Of a stretch of 64,000 nt of DNA, positions 52,866 to 62,571 are shown piece by piece. Location of the stretch: contig CAVWCX010000007.1 of NCBI GenBank assembly GCA_963753595.1, forward strand, positions 64,001 to 128,000, given 5' to 3'. How positions within the stretch are numbered: position 1 is the first letter of the stretch; every line of letters starts with the position of its first letter. A program made the position numbers and the translations under genes. The stretch comes from Candidatus Methanoperedenaceae archaeon. GTDB lineage: Archaea; Halobacteriota; Methanosarcinia; Methanosarcinales; Methanoperedenaceae. The notes below the pieces were generated by a model. It worked only from the letters and a program-made list of their open reading frames with translations, made no database searches and was not told the DNA's origin.

Positions 52866-53128
52866 CGTTTCAATCCCCCATAAACTGCCCTTCCCGTCTT
52901 TGCTCCGATCACTTCTGCACTAGAATCTGATGTGATCTTGAACTCCATGCCGTTAAGTCCCTCAATCCTGCCTCCCCGTTCCAGCGATGGCGGCACTCCC
53001 TGCTCTGTAAACAACCGGGATAACTCGCGTTCAACAGCCTCCCCTATACTCCGGGAGTCACTTCCTGCAAAGCCGTCCAGTACAAGTTCTTCAATATTAA
53101 GTTCAATATTCTTTGGTCTCATACCCAT
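52862..53128 (-). CDS. Small conserved eCIS protein
   Basis: IELNIEELVLDGF...AVERELSRL; overlaps both neighbours. Confidence 0.75.
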   Translation of the reverse strand: MGMRPKNIELNIEELVLDGFAGSDSRSIGEAVERELSRLFTEQGVPPSLERGGRIEGLNGMEFKITSDSSAEVIGAKTGRAVYGGLKR

Positions 53129-55131
53129 CCTCCGATCTCAGCCTCTGATACCGACTTTTCAAGTTTTGCACATTCACTGCGTGCAGCATACAGGAGATGT
53201 TTCATTCCTACAGCCTCACCTTCATCAGCAGCCATGAAAGCAGAATTGAGCGCAATGTTGCGGATATTCCCGCCGGCCACATTCAGCTTAGCCAGCTTAT
53301 TTATGTCCAGCCTTTCGGTCGGGGTACTTTCCGGAAAGATGCGCTGCCATATCCGTCCCCGCTGTGAAGCATCCGGGAACGGGAATTGCACGATAAAACG
53401 TATGCGCCGCAGAAAAGCAGTGTCAAGGCCATTTTTCATATTGGTTGTAAGTATAGCAAGGCCGCGGTAGGCTTCCATGCGCTGCAGCAGGTAGCTCACT
53501 TCTATGTTCGCATAACGGTCATGGCTGTCCCTCACTTCGCTGCGTTTTCCAAAAAGGGCATCTGCCTCATCGAACAGGAGGATCGCTCCTCCTTCCTCTG
53601 CTGCATCAAAAATGCGCCGCAGGTTCTTTTCAGTTTCACCGATGTATTTACTCACCACCTGGCTGATGTCAATTCTGTAAAGGTCAAGGTGCAGCTCATT
53701 TGCGATCACTTCCGCAGCCATAGTTTTGCCCGTGCCGCTATCTCCTGTAAAAAGCGCGCTTATGCCCAGCCCGCGCGAACCCTTTGAGGCAAAGCCCCAT
53801 TCGTCATATACCTTAAAACGCTGCTTCACATGCATTGCGATCTCATGCAATGTCCGGGTCTGTGATTCGGGAAGCACAAGATCATCCCAGGTTGCAACGG
53901 GTTCGATTCGCTGCGCCAGGTTATCCAGGCGTGGTCGGCTCTGTTTCAGGCAGGCCTCCCAGAGTACGGTATCTAATTCCTTCGGGTTTGTCGGGATAGT
54001 GTCATTACCCCCCGGATTTCCCAGCGCTTCGGCACAGGCATTATGAATAGCCCGGGTGTTTAAATTGAATTGCGATACCAGTGATCCTACCTGCCCGTTC
54101 AGGCCAGATGCCGCAGTACCAAGCACATTCTTCCATATTGTATGCTGCTCTTCCTTAGTCAGCCTGGGGATATCAAAGGTTATCGCTTCACGCTGCGATA
54201 TGACCCGCCGTTCTTTACATGTAACGACCAGCGCACTTCTTATGCGTTCGATTAACCGGTTTATGAGCTTTTCACGCGTGGTATCCGTTGCATCAATCTC
54301 ATCGCAGTCCAGGAGAAGCGCATTCGAACTCAAAGCAGCTTCGCGCTCCCATAACCTGATAAAAGCATCGATTTCGCCTGAGGTGGATGGAAGAGAACCG
54401 GCAGAAACCATATTGATGTTGAGTCCTAAAGCAGAGCATGCTTCTGCTGCAATGGCATACTTTCCCGCAATGTCATCACCGCATAATTGCACGACTGGAA
54501 GCGCTGAAGTGCTTGCAGCCTGCGACCACACCATGGCGAAGCGCTCTGCCAGCGAATGGTACGATGGCAAAAGGTCAATTGAAACATGCAATGGTTCGAT
54601 GATACCGGCAAGCCTCTCATCAAGATACTGCACCCCTGTAAGATAGTGCAGCACACGTTCATCTATGCGAAGCGGACTCTGTGTCAGAGTGTCTCCATTT
54701 CCTGTTTCTATCAGGCGCCAGCGGCGAAGAGGTGACGATGGCGTAAGGGCGCTCCAGTGCGCCCCAGGCAGTGCAGCAAGCGCAAGGCTGAATGTAGGAT
54801 AATTTCGCCGCGGGTCACCCTGAGCCGCAGCACACAGAGAACCGAAGGTGGAGTCCAGTTCTATACCAGCGCACAGCAGCAGGATATCGCGCTCAAATGA
54901 AGACAGGGCGAATATCGCACACAGGGTATCAAGCGCCGGCGGGGAAGGCATTGCTGATGCTGCCTCCAGCAATGTCTTTTCCGACTCTTTAATTTTTACA
55001 TCCGTATCTTTTTCAGGATTACCCATGGAGTTCGCAGTGCGGGATTCCAGCGATTCGCGCTCAAGCACAAGTGCTGACATCAGGTAGCGTTTGTTTGCCT
55101 CATACCAGTTTACAGGTTCATGGGAACTCAT
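53119..55131 (-). CDS. AAA+ ATPase (Afp15/Pvc15-like)
   Basis: GDSGTGKT, SKYIGETEKNL, LFDEADALFGKR and DRYAN motifs. Confidence 0.93.
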   Translation of the reverse strand: MSSHEPVNWYEANKRYLMSALVLERESLESRTANSMGNPEKDTDVKIKESEKTLLEAASAMPSPPALDTLCAIFALSSFERDILLLCAGIELDSTFGSLCAAAQGDPRRNYPTFSLALAALPGAHWSALTPSSPLRRWRLIETGNGDTLTQSPLRIDERVLHYLTGVQYLDERLAGIIEPLHVSIDLLPSYHSLAERFAMVWSQAASTSALPVVQLCGDDIAGKYAIAAEACSALGLNINMVSAGSLPSTSGEIDAFIRLWEREAALSSNALLLDCDEIDATDTTREKLINRLIERIRSALVVTCKERRVISQREAITFDIPRLTKEEQHTIWKNVLGTAASGLNGQVGSLVSQFNLNTRAIHNACAEALGNPGGNDTIPTNPKELDTVLWEACLKQSRPRLDNLAQRIEPVATWDDLVLPESQTRTLHEIAMHVKQRFKVYDEWGFASKGSRGLGISALFTGDSGTGKTMAAEVIANELHLDLYRIDISQVVSKYIGETEKNLRRIFDAAEEGGAILLFDEADALFGKRSEVRDSHDRYANIEVSYLLQRMEAYRGLAILTTNMKNGLDTAFLRRIRFIVQFPFPDASQRGRIWQRIFPESTPTERLDINKLAKLNVAGGNIRNIALNSAFMAADEGEAVGMKHLLYAARSECAKLEKSVSEAEIGGWV

Positions 55132-56384
55132 GGTATTTTCACCTTTGGGTTGGTGTACTGGTTATAAGTCGGGCTGCTCTCATTGGTATCAGTAATAAGC
55201 TGACTCTGCGCACCGTCCACCTGTACACGCACAAGATAATCGGAAGCCTTCACACCGCTGACAGAGATTTCAATTGTGGATTTATCTTTATCGCGCGATT
55301 TATCAACGAAGGTGTATGACGCTGCATCACCGCCAGATATCTTATTCAATAGCAAGACCACACGCTGGTTCTTGCCGATTATCGGGTTGATTATTATTGT
55401 CAACAATGCCGAGCGCAGGGCGGTGCCCGTCCCTTTAAGATTGGATATCGTGACTTTAGTAATTGATGGATGCAGCACAAAGGCTACCAGATTTGACTCT
55501 ACACCTTTATGCGGAACAGGCGGCGTGCCCATAAGTATCTGGTGTATTACCTGTAAACCCTGCACGCCTGCTTGCAGGCCGACCGGAAGCGGTATCGTAA
55601 TTTGCCCCTCGTTTGTATCTGTAGGCGTTATTTCGATCCCGTTAACTCTTGCCAGCGTAATATCCCCCCGCAGCTTTTTGCCTTTGATAATCAGCGTGCT
55701 ACCTTCAACAATGGGCATATCGGCACCTTTCGATGAAATGACCTGTTCAACAACCGGCTGGTGAAAAGGTACAACGTAGAGGTTGCGTTCGCGTACTGGA
55801 AGAGTGCTCTGGGGAGATTCATCGCTTTCTATCAATACGACCGTGGCAGTGTAGGCTAAAGATAAGCGATATGGAGTCTGGAAAAAGACTGACCAGAGCT
55901 TGGATAGCTCCTCCAGGGATAAGTGAACAGGAGTAAATTTAATAGTTTCAAATGCGTCTGCGAGGTTGGAGCCTTTCAGGATATTGTTATAAAGAGTGTC
56001 AATTATTGTATCCTTAATCATCTGGCGCGTAAGAACGGGTCTGGCATGTAGAGTGCGAACGGCACTACCCAGCAGTCTCTGCGTTTCCAGATTTAAATCA
56101 TCGCCATAGAACGTCAGCAAATAGTGCAGATCAAGGGCCACCTGCGGGCGTTGGACAAGCCTTCCTTCGGAGCTGCGGTCAGGCATATTGATATTACGCA
56201 TCGAAGCATTCGGGGTAACCTGGTAAAGGTAAAGATTGGCACCTTTTGTCGTTATTCCGGTGCCCTCTGGCCTGACCGTTGATACTTTTGATCCGGGAAC
56301 GTCTATAATCAGGGCAGCTTCTAAAGTTCTTCGAAGAGAAGCCGTTACAGTAGCTATAGCCAGAAAATTACTCATAACAATCAT
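55128..56384 (-). CDS. DUF4255 (Afp16/Pvc16) cap/terminator protein
   Basis: MSNFLAIATVT, NLYLYQV, LHYLLTFY and EELSKLWSVF motifs. Confidence 0.88.
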   Translation of the reverse strand: MIVMSNFLAIATVTASLRRTLEAALIIDVPGSKVSTVRPEGTGITTKGANLYLYQVTPNASMRNINMPDRSSEGRLVQRPQVALDLHYLLTFYGDDLNLETQRLLGSAVRTLHARPVLTRQMIKDTIIDTLYNNILKGSNLADAFETIKFTPVHLSLEELSKLWSVFFQTPYRLSLAYTATVVLIESDESPQSTLPVRERNLYVVPFHQPVVEQVISSKGADMPIVEGSTLIIKGKKLRGDITLARVNGIEITPTDTNEGQITIPLPVGLQAGVQGLQVIHQILMGTPPVPHKGVESNLVAFVLHPSITKVTISNLKGTGTALRSALLTIIINPIIGKNQRVVLLLNKISGGDAASYTFVDKSRDKDKSTIEISVSGVKASDYLVRVQVDGAQSQLITDTNESSPTYNQYTNPKVKIP

Positions 56385-57643
56385 CCATTATACTGTTTCA
56401 GGTAATCATCAAGGGAGAGAATCGGGCGCTGCTTTGGAGGAGGAGACTGCAACTGCGGTGCCTGAGGTGGTGTTACTGCCTTAACTTCTATACGGCCGAT
56501 GGTTACTTTTACAATCGGTACTGTTGAAGGCGGTCTTGGTGCAACAGCATGCTGATCAATTAACATATTCCCCTTCTGCTCCAGGGTTGCATTGACATTC
56601 GGTTTATTCATTCGATCAGGATTTTGCCTGCTGGCAATTAGTGAAGGTGTATCAAGATGCGGATAATCAGCCCGATAGAAATCGGTCCCGGATGCAGGCT
56701 CACTATTCTGCAGGATATCCCCACCGTTCTTCATGCTTGAGAAACTTTCATGTAGCAGGCTGGAATCCGATATGTGCCCAATGAGCGTCTTAGCAACAGG
56801 GTTATCTTCAATATCTATCAAAGGCTCGTTTTGCCAAGTCTCGCCTGTGTTTTTGCTGCCTGGGTGTTTGCCGGCAGATAAATTCTCATAAGGTAATTCC
56901 GGATATCTTGTAATATTATTCTCATAAGGCAATTCCGGATATCTTGTAATATTAGTTCGGTTGTTATTTCGGTTCTTTTGTATACCCACCGGATGCGAGG
57001 GCTTAGACACCTCTAAAGAACCGGTTTCAGGGTTTTGAGGCGGTTCTTTATCAAAAATCGGATTCATCATCGAAATAGTTTTCCTGTTTTCACGGGCATC
57101 AGCAAAATCCTTATGCTCCGGTTCAACATGCACCTGAGAATCCGGTCCAGGGGAGTGAAACTGCTTTTCATATTTGACATATCCTGAAGTATCGGAATCA
57201 ACCTGGTGAAGAAGTCCTTTATCATGAGCCAGCTCAGGAATACCGTTTTGATTAAGCAGCTCAATATTATGCGGCAGCCTCGATATAGAAGTTAAGTCTT
57301 CCGGGCTTCCCCGGCCCTCTATCTGATAAGAGTGTTTCGCACCATCCTTGTCCCGGGAACCGGATTCAACATACTGAACTGGAACATGCTGGTTATCAGG
57401 AATTTTATTTAATGACTTTTTCTGTGTTGGCTGACCATTATGTTGAGACTTAATTCCGGTTTCCGGGGCACTTTCGATATATATACTTTCCTGATTGCTC
57501 ACTTGTTCACTATCACTGGCTAAATCCTGTATGTAATCACTCTCTCTCGCAGGCATCGGAGCAAATACAGAACCGATTACAGGCCGGGCTACAGGCATCA
57601 AACCATACGCCCGTTCTACTAATCTTGAGAGAAAATCAGGCAT
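56381..57643 (-). CDS. eCIS hypothetical protein with disordered centre
   Basis: Conserved-looking ends (FLSRL; VKVTIGRIEVKA...LSLDDYL) flanking polar low-complexity sequence. Confidence 0.7.
   Translation of the reverse strand: MPDFLSRLVERAYGLMPVARPVIGSVFAPMPARESDYIQDLASDSEQVSNQESIYIESAPETGIKSQHNGQPTQKKSLNKIPDNQHVPVQYVESGSRDKDGAKHSYQIEGRGSPEDLTSISRLPHNIELLNQNGIPELAHDKGLLHQVDSDTSGYVKYEKQFHSPGPDSQVHVEPEHKDFADARENRKTISMMNPIFDKEPPQNPETGSLEVSKPSHPVGIQKNRNNNRTNITRYPELPYENNITRYPELPYENLSAGKHPGSKNTGETWQNEPLIDIEDNPVAKTLIGHISDSSLLHESFSSMKNGGDILQNSEPASGTDFYRADYPHLDTPSLIASRQNPDRMNKPNVNATLEQKGNMLIDQHAVAPRPPSTVPIVKVTIGRIEVKAVTPPQAPQLQSPPPKQRPILSLDDYLKQYNG
56882..56953 (-). repeat. 36-bp tandem duplication (NITRYPELPYEN x2)
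   Basis: Two units differing at one base. Confidence 0.9.
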
Positions 57644-58368
57644 CAGGTCACCATCCCGAGGTAAAACTGGCGCCGGGTATCACTCATCGACAGGATATCC
57701 GATTCACGCCAGCCATATGCCTGGGCAAGCGCATGGACATCATATAGCAATCGTCTGGCATGTGCGCTGAGTTCCGACCAGAAATAGGACACGATATCAA
57801 AAACCATCTGCCACTGATGGCCGCATTCGGGGCAATGGAGATCCAGCATGATCTCTGCCTGGGGATCGTGTTCTGCCATATGTGCTGAAAGTTCAGCCTT
57901 GACATGTGCGGATATGTCGCAGCAACCCACAGGAACCCCATCGCGAATAACCTGAAGCACACAGCGCTGTACCAGCAGGTCACTTGCTGTATCCCTTAAT
58001 CCTGCAACAGCAGCAAGGTCCAGGCTGTTTGGCAAGCGATACCTTAACACGAGATTCCCATTTGTAAGCTCCAGTTCCTGTTTATTTCCAGGTAGGGGCG
58101 ATAGGCGAATATCTGTTGTCTTTATGGTGAACTCCAGACGCTCCTTACATCCCGGACATTCGGCAAAACAGTTAAGTTTTGGGCCAAAGGTCAGTTCCCT
58201 GAGCGCCAGGAGGTATGAGTCCCGCTGCCCAATACTCAACTCAGCCAGTTTATCCCTGGTCATGCCAGGGATCACGGCAAGAAGTAAGGTCAGAGCTTTG
58301 TCCATATGATGCTGGACTTGCCCCTGCTCCCATACCTTCAGAATATCGGGCGCGAACAATGGACGCAT
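57643..58368 (-). CDS. Zn-binding baseplate/tail assembly chaperone-like protein
   Basis: CPGC and CPEC motifs, RLPNSLDL, and C-terminal VHALAQAYGWRESDIL. Confidence 0.75.
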   Translation of the reverse strand: MRPLFAPDILKVWEQGQVQHHMDKALTLLLAVIPGMTRDKLAELSIGQRDSYLLALRELTFGPKLNCFAECPGCKERLEFTIKTTDIRLSPLPGNKQELELTNGNLVLRYRLPNSLDLAAVAGLRDTASDLLVQRCVLQVIRDGVPVGCCDISAHVKAELSAHMAEHDPQAEIMLDLHCPECGHQWQMVFDIVSYFWSELSAHARRLLYDVHALAQAYGWRESDILSMSDTRRQFYLGMVT

Positions 58369-58371
58369 TGT

Positions 58372-58896
58372 TTAGCTCGGTTCCAGATATGTCGGTTCTT
58401 GGGGTTCAGCCACTTCATAATCCCGTTCCCAGCCTTCGTTCTCAAGTTTAATTGTCTGTATAGCTACAGCATTTGTGCTGGCATCCAGCCCGGGCAGAGC
58501 CTGGAATTCGGAAACCCAGCAGCGATACACTTTATAAGCTATTGCGAGTTGTCCTGCCTCGTTGTAGACTTCGATTATAATGTCTTTTCGGAAGTCCTTG
58601 AGCGAGACCTCACTTCCCAATCCCGACCCATAGTTCCAGACTTTATTTGTCCACTGTTCGAATTCTTTGTCATGGGTGACACCGCGCTCCAGGGTTATGG
58701 CATCGTACTTGGTCTGCCCTGGTGATTTTCTCTCTGTGCTTGGGTCGCCTCCCTCCCGGTAGGTCACGGGAGTGTTAGTGCGCTTCAGGGCGCCAACCTT
58801 GTTTACCCCGGCTACGTAACGGCCATCCCACTTAACCCGGAACTTGAAACTCTTATACGGATCGAAACGCTGTGCATTTACACTAAACTGTGCCAT
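58372..58896 (-). CDS. Tail tube protein (T4 gp19/Afp1-like)
   Basis: DPYKSFKFRV, YREGG, ITLERG and FRKDI motifs. Confidence 0.93.
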   Translation of the reverse strand: MAQFSVNAQRFDPYKSFKFRVKWDGRYVAGVNKVGALKRTNTPVTYREGGDPSTERKSPGQTKYDAITLERGVTHDKEFEQWTNKVWNYGSGLGSEVSLKDFRKDIIIEVYNEAGQLAIAYKVYRCWVSEFQALPGLDASTNAVAIQTIKLENEGWERDYEVAEPQEPTYLEPS

Positions 58897-58908
58897 ATTT
58901 TTTCCTCC

Positions 58909-61173
58909 TTATGTCTGTATGTTACCGGCTATTTGCTGAATCTGGATGATTACAAACTCTGCCGGTTTAAGCGGGGCAAAACCCACCACGATGTTGACAA
59001 TACCTTTGTTGATATCATCCTGAGTTGTTGTCTCTTTATCGCATTTTACGAAGTACGCCTCTTTTGGCGTTTGTCCCTGGAAAGCGCCCTGGCGGAAGAG
59101 CGAGTGCATGAAAGCCCCCAGATTCAGGCGGATCTGTGACCAGAGGGGCTCATCGTTTGGCTCGAACACCACCCATTTTGTGCCCCTGAACAGGCTTTCC
59201 TCAATGAAAAGAGCCAGCCGTCGTATAGGGATATACTTGTACTCCGATGCCATCTGGTCCGCACCGCGCAATGTACGGGCGCCCCAGGCAACTGCGCCGA
59301 AGACCGGAAAGATGCGTATACAGTTGGAGCCGAGTGGGTTAAGCGTCCCGTTCTCCATATCGGTTAATTGATATTTAACGTCCTTTACTCCAACCAACGT
59401 GGCATCCGTGCCTGCAGGAGCTTTCCATACCCCGCGTGAGCTGTCCATACGTGCATACAACCCCGCGACCGTGCCGCTTGGCGGGCATAAACGTACTTTG
59501 CCACCCTTTAATGGGTCAGCTATCCCGATCCATGGGTAGTAGACTGCTGCATGATCCGATTTCGGAAGTGCCGTGCCTGAGATAACACTGACCATTTCTG
59601 TTGGATTCTTCGTAATAAGGGGTGCATCGATAATCATGAATGCACGCCGCTCCTGGCAATATGAGACGGCATCAGCCAAAATACCGCTGTCAGTGACCCC
59701 TGGAAGGCAGAGCAGGTTGAATATATCAACCTCTTCCAGGGCGTAGATACCATCGCGGTCTGCCCGGCTGGCAATGTATATATTATACGCCTCGGCATCG
59801 GTAAAGGATTCTTCATTACCGTCCGCCAGTGTTAAATTCGTCGCATTTGTTCCACCTAATAGAAGTTTTAATCCTTTAGCCAGACCGTCACCCGTGACCT
59901 CATTAACCATTACTGTTGAACCTGTCCCCGTGCTTCCTGAAGACAGTATCAATTTTGATGCAGAGGAAACGGTACAGGTGAAATTCATGTAACTGGGATT
60001 GGATGTTTTAAGTGCACATACACTAGTCTGGATACGCTTTGCTATATCCTGCAGGTTAGCTGCTGATGTTGTACTTATATCAACTGCATCAGGACCGTAG
60101 CCGTCTATGCTTATGTAGAAGCTTCGGTTGCCGAGACTGGGCAGCCCAGGAGGTCCGGTCAGATCAGTGGCACTCAATACGCCGCTGGTCAGAGTTCCAT
60201 GATCAGGGACTTCCACAGGTCTGATCACCGAAACTGCATCAGTCTCTTGTCCACCATTTACGGTTCCAAGCTTTAACCTGCCTGCAGCATCGTTTCGTAT
60301 GCCTGCTAGCACACGCACACTGGATGCCTCTTTCCCTTCGCCTGAAGTCATTATAATACGATTTTTATCTGTATTGGGGACACAAGTAAATAGGGACTGG
60401 GCGGGATTTCCATTAGCTATACCCGCATCCCTCACTTTCTTCTGGATCGCACTGCAGAGCTTGGTTAGCTTGGCAGCCGGATCCCCTGCTACATCAGTCG
60501 GCAGGGTGATTTGCACGCTTATAGGTTCTGAGCGATTGACCGATATAAGCAACTGGTTGTGAGTAGCATCCAGTAATGGTTTACTCAGTGTTGGATCCAG
60601 ATCACCGATTTCGCCGCTTATGCTTGTTCCATTGCCCAGGCCCGCCAGATCATGAACCCGTTCAACTTCTACCAACCGCGAAGCACCCTTCAAAATGTCA
60701 CCAACGTAACGCGCATCTTTACTGTTCATCGAGAGATCAAGATACGTCTCATCGCCAACAGCGAGGTTGAATGTACTGGCAGGATTAGCGGTTTTGTAAT
60801 CTACCCGAACTTCAATATCATTACCTGTTTTACCCTCGTCCAGGGCTGTTATCTTAAGCACATCTTTACCGGTACTGTTTTGCAGAGTTTTTGTGGCTGC
60901 AACTGCATTCTTAGCTACTCTCACAACCCAGGCATCGCTTCCGCCGTTGGAAAAAAACTGGCGCACTGCATAGCTCATCTCCGAATCCTCAAATAAACCT
61001 CCAAAACGGCGTTCAAAGTCGCTGTAGCTCAGGATATGGATCGCTTTATTTATCGGACCTCTCTTAGCTGATCCGGCAAAGGCTGTTACCGAGGTGCTGA
61101 CCCCCACAATAGTCCGCACACCACTGGGAATTTCCTGGACATATACTCCTGGATAGGTTGGATTAATTGGCAT
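58909..61173 (-). CDS. Contractile tail sheath protein
   Basis: YPGVYVQE, AVYYPW, GVWKAPAG, WGARTL, WVVFEPND and FAPLKPAEF motifs. Confidence 0.96.
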   Translation of the reverse strand: MPINPTYPGVYVQEIPSGVRTIVGVSTSVTAFAGSAKRGPINKAIHILSYSDFERRFGGLFEDSEMSYAVRQFFSNGGSDAWVVRVAKNAVAATKTLQNSTGKDVLKITALDEGKTGNDIEVRVDYKTANPASTFNLAVGDETYLDLSMNSKDARYVGDILKGASRLVEVERVHDLAGLGNGTSISGEIGDLDPTLSKPLLDATHNQLLISVNRSEPISVQITLPTDVAGDPAAKLTKLCSAIQKKVRDAGIANGNPAQSLFTCVPNTDKNRIIMTSGEGKEASSVRVLAGIRNDAAGRLKLGTVNGGQETDAVSVIRPVEVPDHGTLTSGVLSATDLTGPPGLPSLGNRSFYISIDGYGPDAVDISTTSAANLQDIAKRIQTSVCALKTSNPSYMNFTCTVSSASKLILSSGSTGTGSTVMVNEVTGDGLAKGLKLLLGGTNATNLTLADGNEESFTDAEAYNIYIASRADRDGIYALEEVDIFNLLCLPGVTDSGILADAVSYCQERRAFMIIDAPLITKNPTEMVSVISGTALPKSDHAAVYYPWIGIADPLKGGKVRLCPPSGTVAGLYARMDSSRGVWKAPAGTDATLVGVKDVKYQLTDMENGTLNPLGSNCIRIFPVFGAVAWGARTLRGADQMASEYKYIPIRRLALFIEESLFRGTKWVVFEPNDEPLWSQIRLNLGAFMHSLFRQGAFQGQTPKEAYFVKCDKETTTQDDINKGIVNIVVGFAPLKPAEFVIIQIQQIAGNIQT

Positions 61174-61186
61174 TTCAAATCCTCCT

Positions 61187-61300
61187 CTATATTATAGCAT
61201 CCGGTTCATTTTTGTCTTCAACTGTCATTGTTCGGATTGCCGGAATTCCCAGCATTCCAGGGACGTTGATATACAGCGCCCATTTCATCATTTTCTTCAT
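61187..61300 (-). CDS. 37-aa small ORF upstream of the sheath gene
   Basis: MKKMMKWALYINVPGMLGIPAIRTMTVEDKNEPDAII with GGAGGT RBS. Confidence 0.4.
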   Translation of the reverse strand: MKKMMKWALYINVPGMLGIPAIRTMTVEDKNEPDAII

Positions 61301-61343
61301 ATTTTTACCTCCGTTTGATAATCCATAGAATTTCTATTCTGTT

Positions 61344-61661
61344 TCAAAGTCTTTTAAACGCCTCAAGTAGTATCTCGCGATCTGACAAAATCCCCCTCGA
61401 CTTCAACCGGTCAACCTCCAGGAGAAGTTTCTCAGCATCCTGGCTATCAAGTTTATTCTTTTCAGCAAATCTCTTTGTCAATACTTTCAGTTCTATTCTG
61501 GAAGAATACTTCTTGGGAATCGTATCATCAATAAAATTGAATATATGCCCGCATTTATGATGCCCTATCGTTGAAGTTGACGGACCTGCGGAAGTTCTTA
61601 TGTAATCCCTGAAAGTATCACCTTTGATAATCTCTCCACACTCGCATATTAACGTTTTAAC
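61344..61661 (-). CDS. Zn-ribbon-like hypothetical protein, start uncertain
   Basis: Open frame (V)KTLICECGEII...GHHKCGHIF...LEAFKRL with no in-frame canonical start; missed by the ORF track. Confidence 0.65.
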   Translation of the reverse strand, partial: VKTLICECGEIIKGDTFRDYIRTSAGPSTSTIGHHKCGHIFNFIDDTIPKKYSSRIELKVLTKRFAEKNKLDSQDAEKLLLEVDRLKSRGILSDREILLEAFKRL

Positions 61662-62184
61662 ACCACCATTTTATTTTTAAAATTTTAAAAAAAACATTAC
61701 AGTATCAACTATCCACAAGGAGTTTCATCGCCCTGCTGCTCACTCCTTATTAATAATTATGATTATCTCATATAGATGCTCATATATATGTATTGTGATT
61801 GTTTATTGTTGGGCTATCTATCTCTCCGGCCGGCAAAATGATTTTTCTGGCTGTCCCTTTACAATCTGTTTTGGGTCTGATCTTAAACATCACTTTTTGC
61901 CGCTTTCTTCTACGCTTCCTTCTGAAACCATCCGGAATTCCCATCAATCACGACCAGCCCTGATTATCACCGAACCATATCCTGATTTTCAGGGTTTCAT
62001 GGGTTACAAAATTGGAAAAGAATAACTATGAATCGTATTTTATAGGCATCTGAAAAATTTCAAAATTTTGCGCTTAAATTTATATTCAATTCGGGCCAAT
62101 TTATCTTTTTTGTATTGAAAAACTTTATCACAGCCGAAAGATTTAAAATATAGAAAGAATAGGTTTAGTAGGAGGTGAAAAAAA

Positions 62185-62322
62185 ATGGTTGGACTCGAAA
62201 GCTCAATGGATAATGCAACGGCAGCGAAAAAGGTAAAAGCAAAAGAAGATCCTGCTGAGAAAAAGAGATTAGACGATTTTAATGCAAAACTGAGATCTCG
62301 CAAGGCACCTCAGCCGAAATAA
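62185..62322 (+). CDS. 45-aa basic small protein
   Basis: MVGLESSMDNATAAKKVKAKEDPAEKKRLDDFNAKLRSRKAPQPK; AGGAGGTGA RBS; downstream hairpin. Confidence 0.6.
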   Translation: MVGLESSMDNATAAKKVKAKEDPAEKKRLDDFNAKLRSRKAPQPK

Positions 62323-62571
62323 GAGTATTGTTGCATAAACAACAATTCTCATATTCCTGCAGACATCAGGACGGCGCTTTTTGGCCTTACTCTTTGCATG
62401 TTGCCGGCGCATAATGGTGTCTGAAGGTTCTTTTTTGTCATCAAAAATAACATCTATAGCTATTTTTTGGATTTATCTATTCTTTGAATTTATATTAATA
62501 GTTTGTTTGGTCAATGAGTTTGATCGAAATATAAGATAGATTCTTAAATCAATAGATTGTTAATCAGACCA

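Larger units (their letters stand above)
34596..61173 (-). other. Contractile injection system (eCIS, PVC/Afp-like) gene cluster
   Basis: 16 co-oriented, often overlapping genes for tail and baseplate plus DUF4255, AAA ATPase and DUF4157; no capsid, terminase or portal. Confidence 0.93.

Noticed and set aside
36460-56953. CRISPR-like or DGR-like reading of the 132-, 75- and 36-bp repeats
   Set aside because: All are in-frame adjacent coding repeats without spacers; no cas or reverse transcriptase gene is present.
34596-61173. Provirus or T6SS interpretation of the tail genes
   Set aside because: No capsid, portal, terminase, integrase or TssJLM/ClpV; DUF4255, the Afp15-type ATPase and DUF4157 indicate eCIS.
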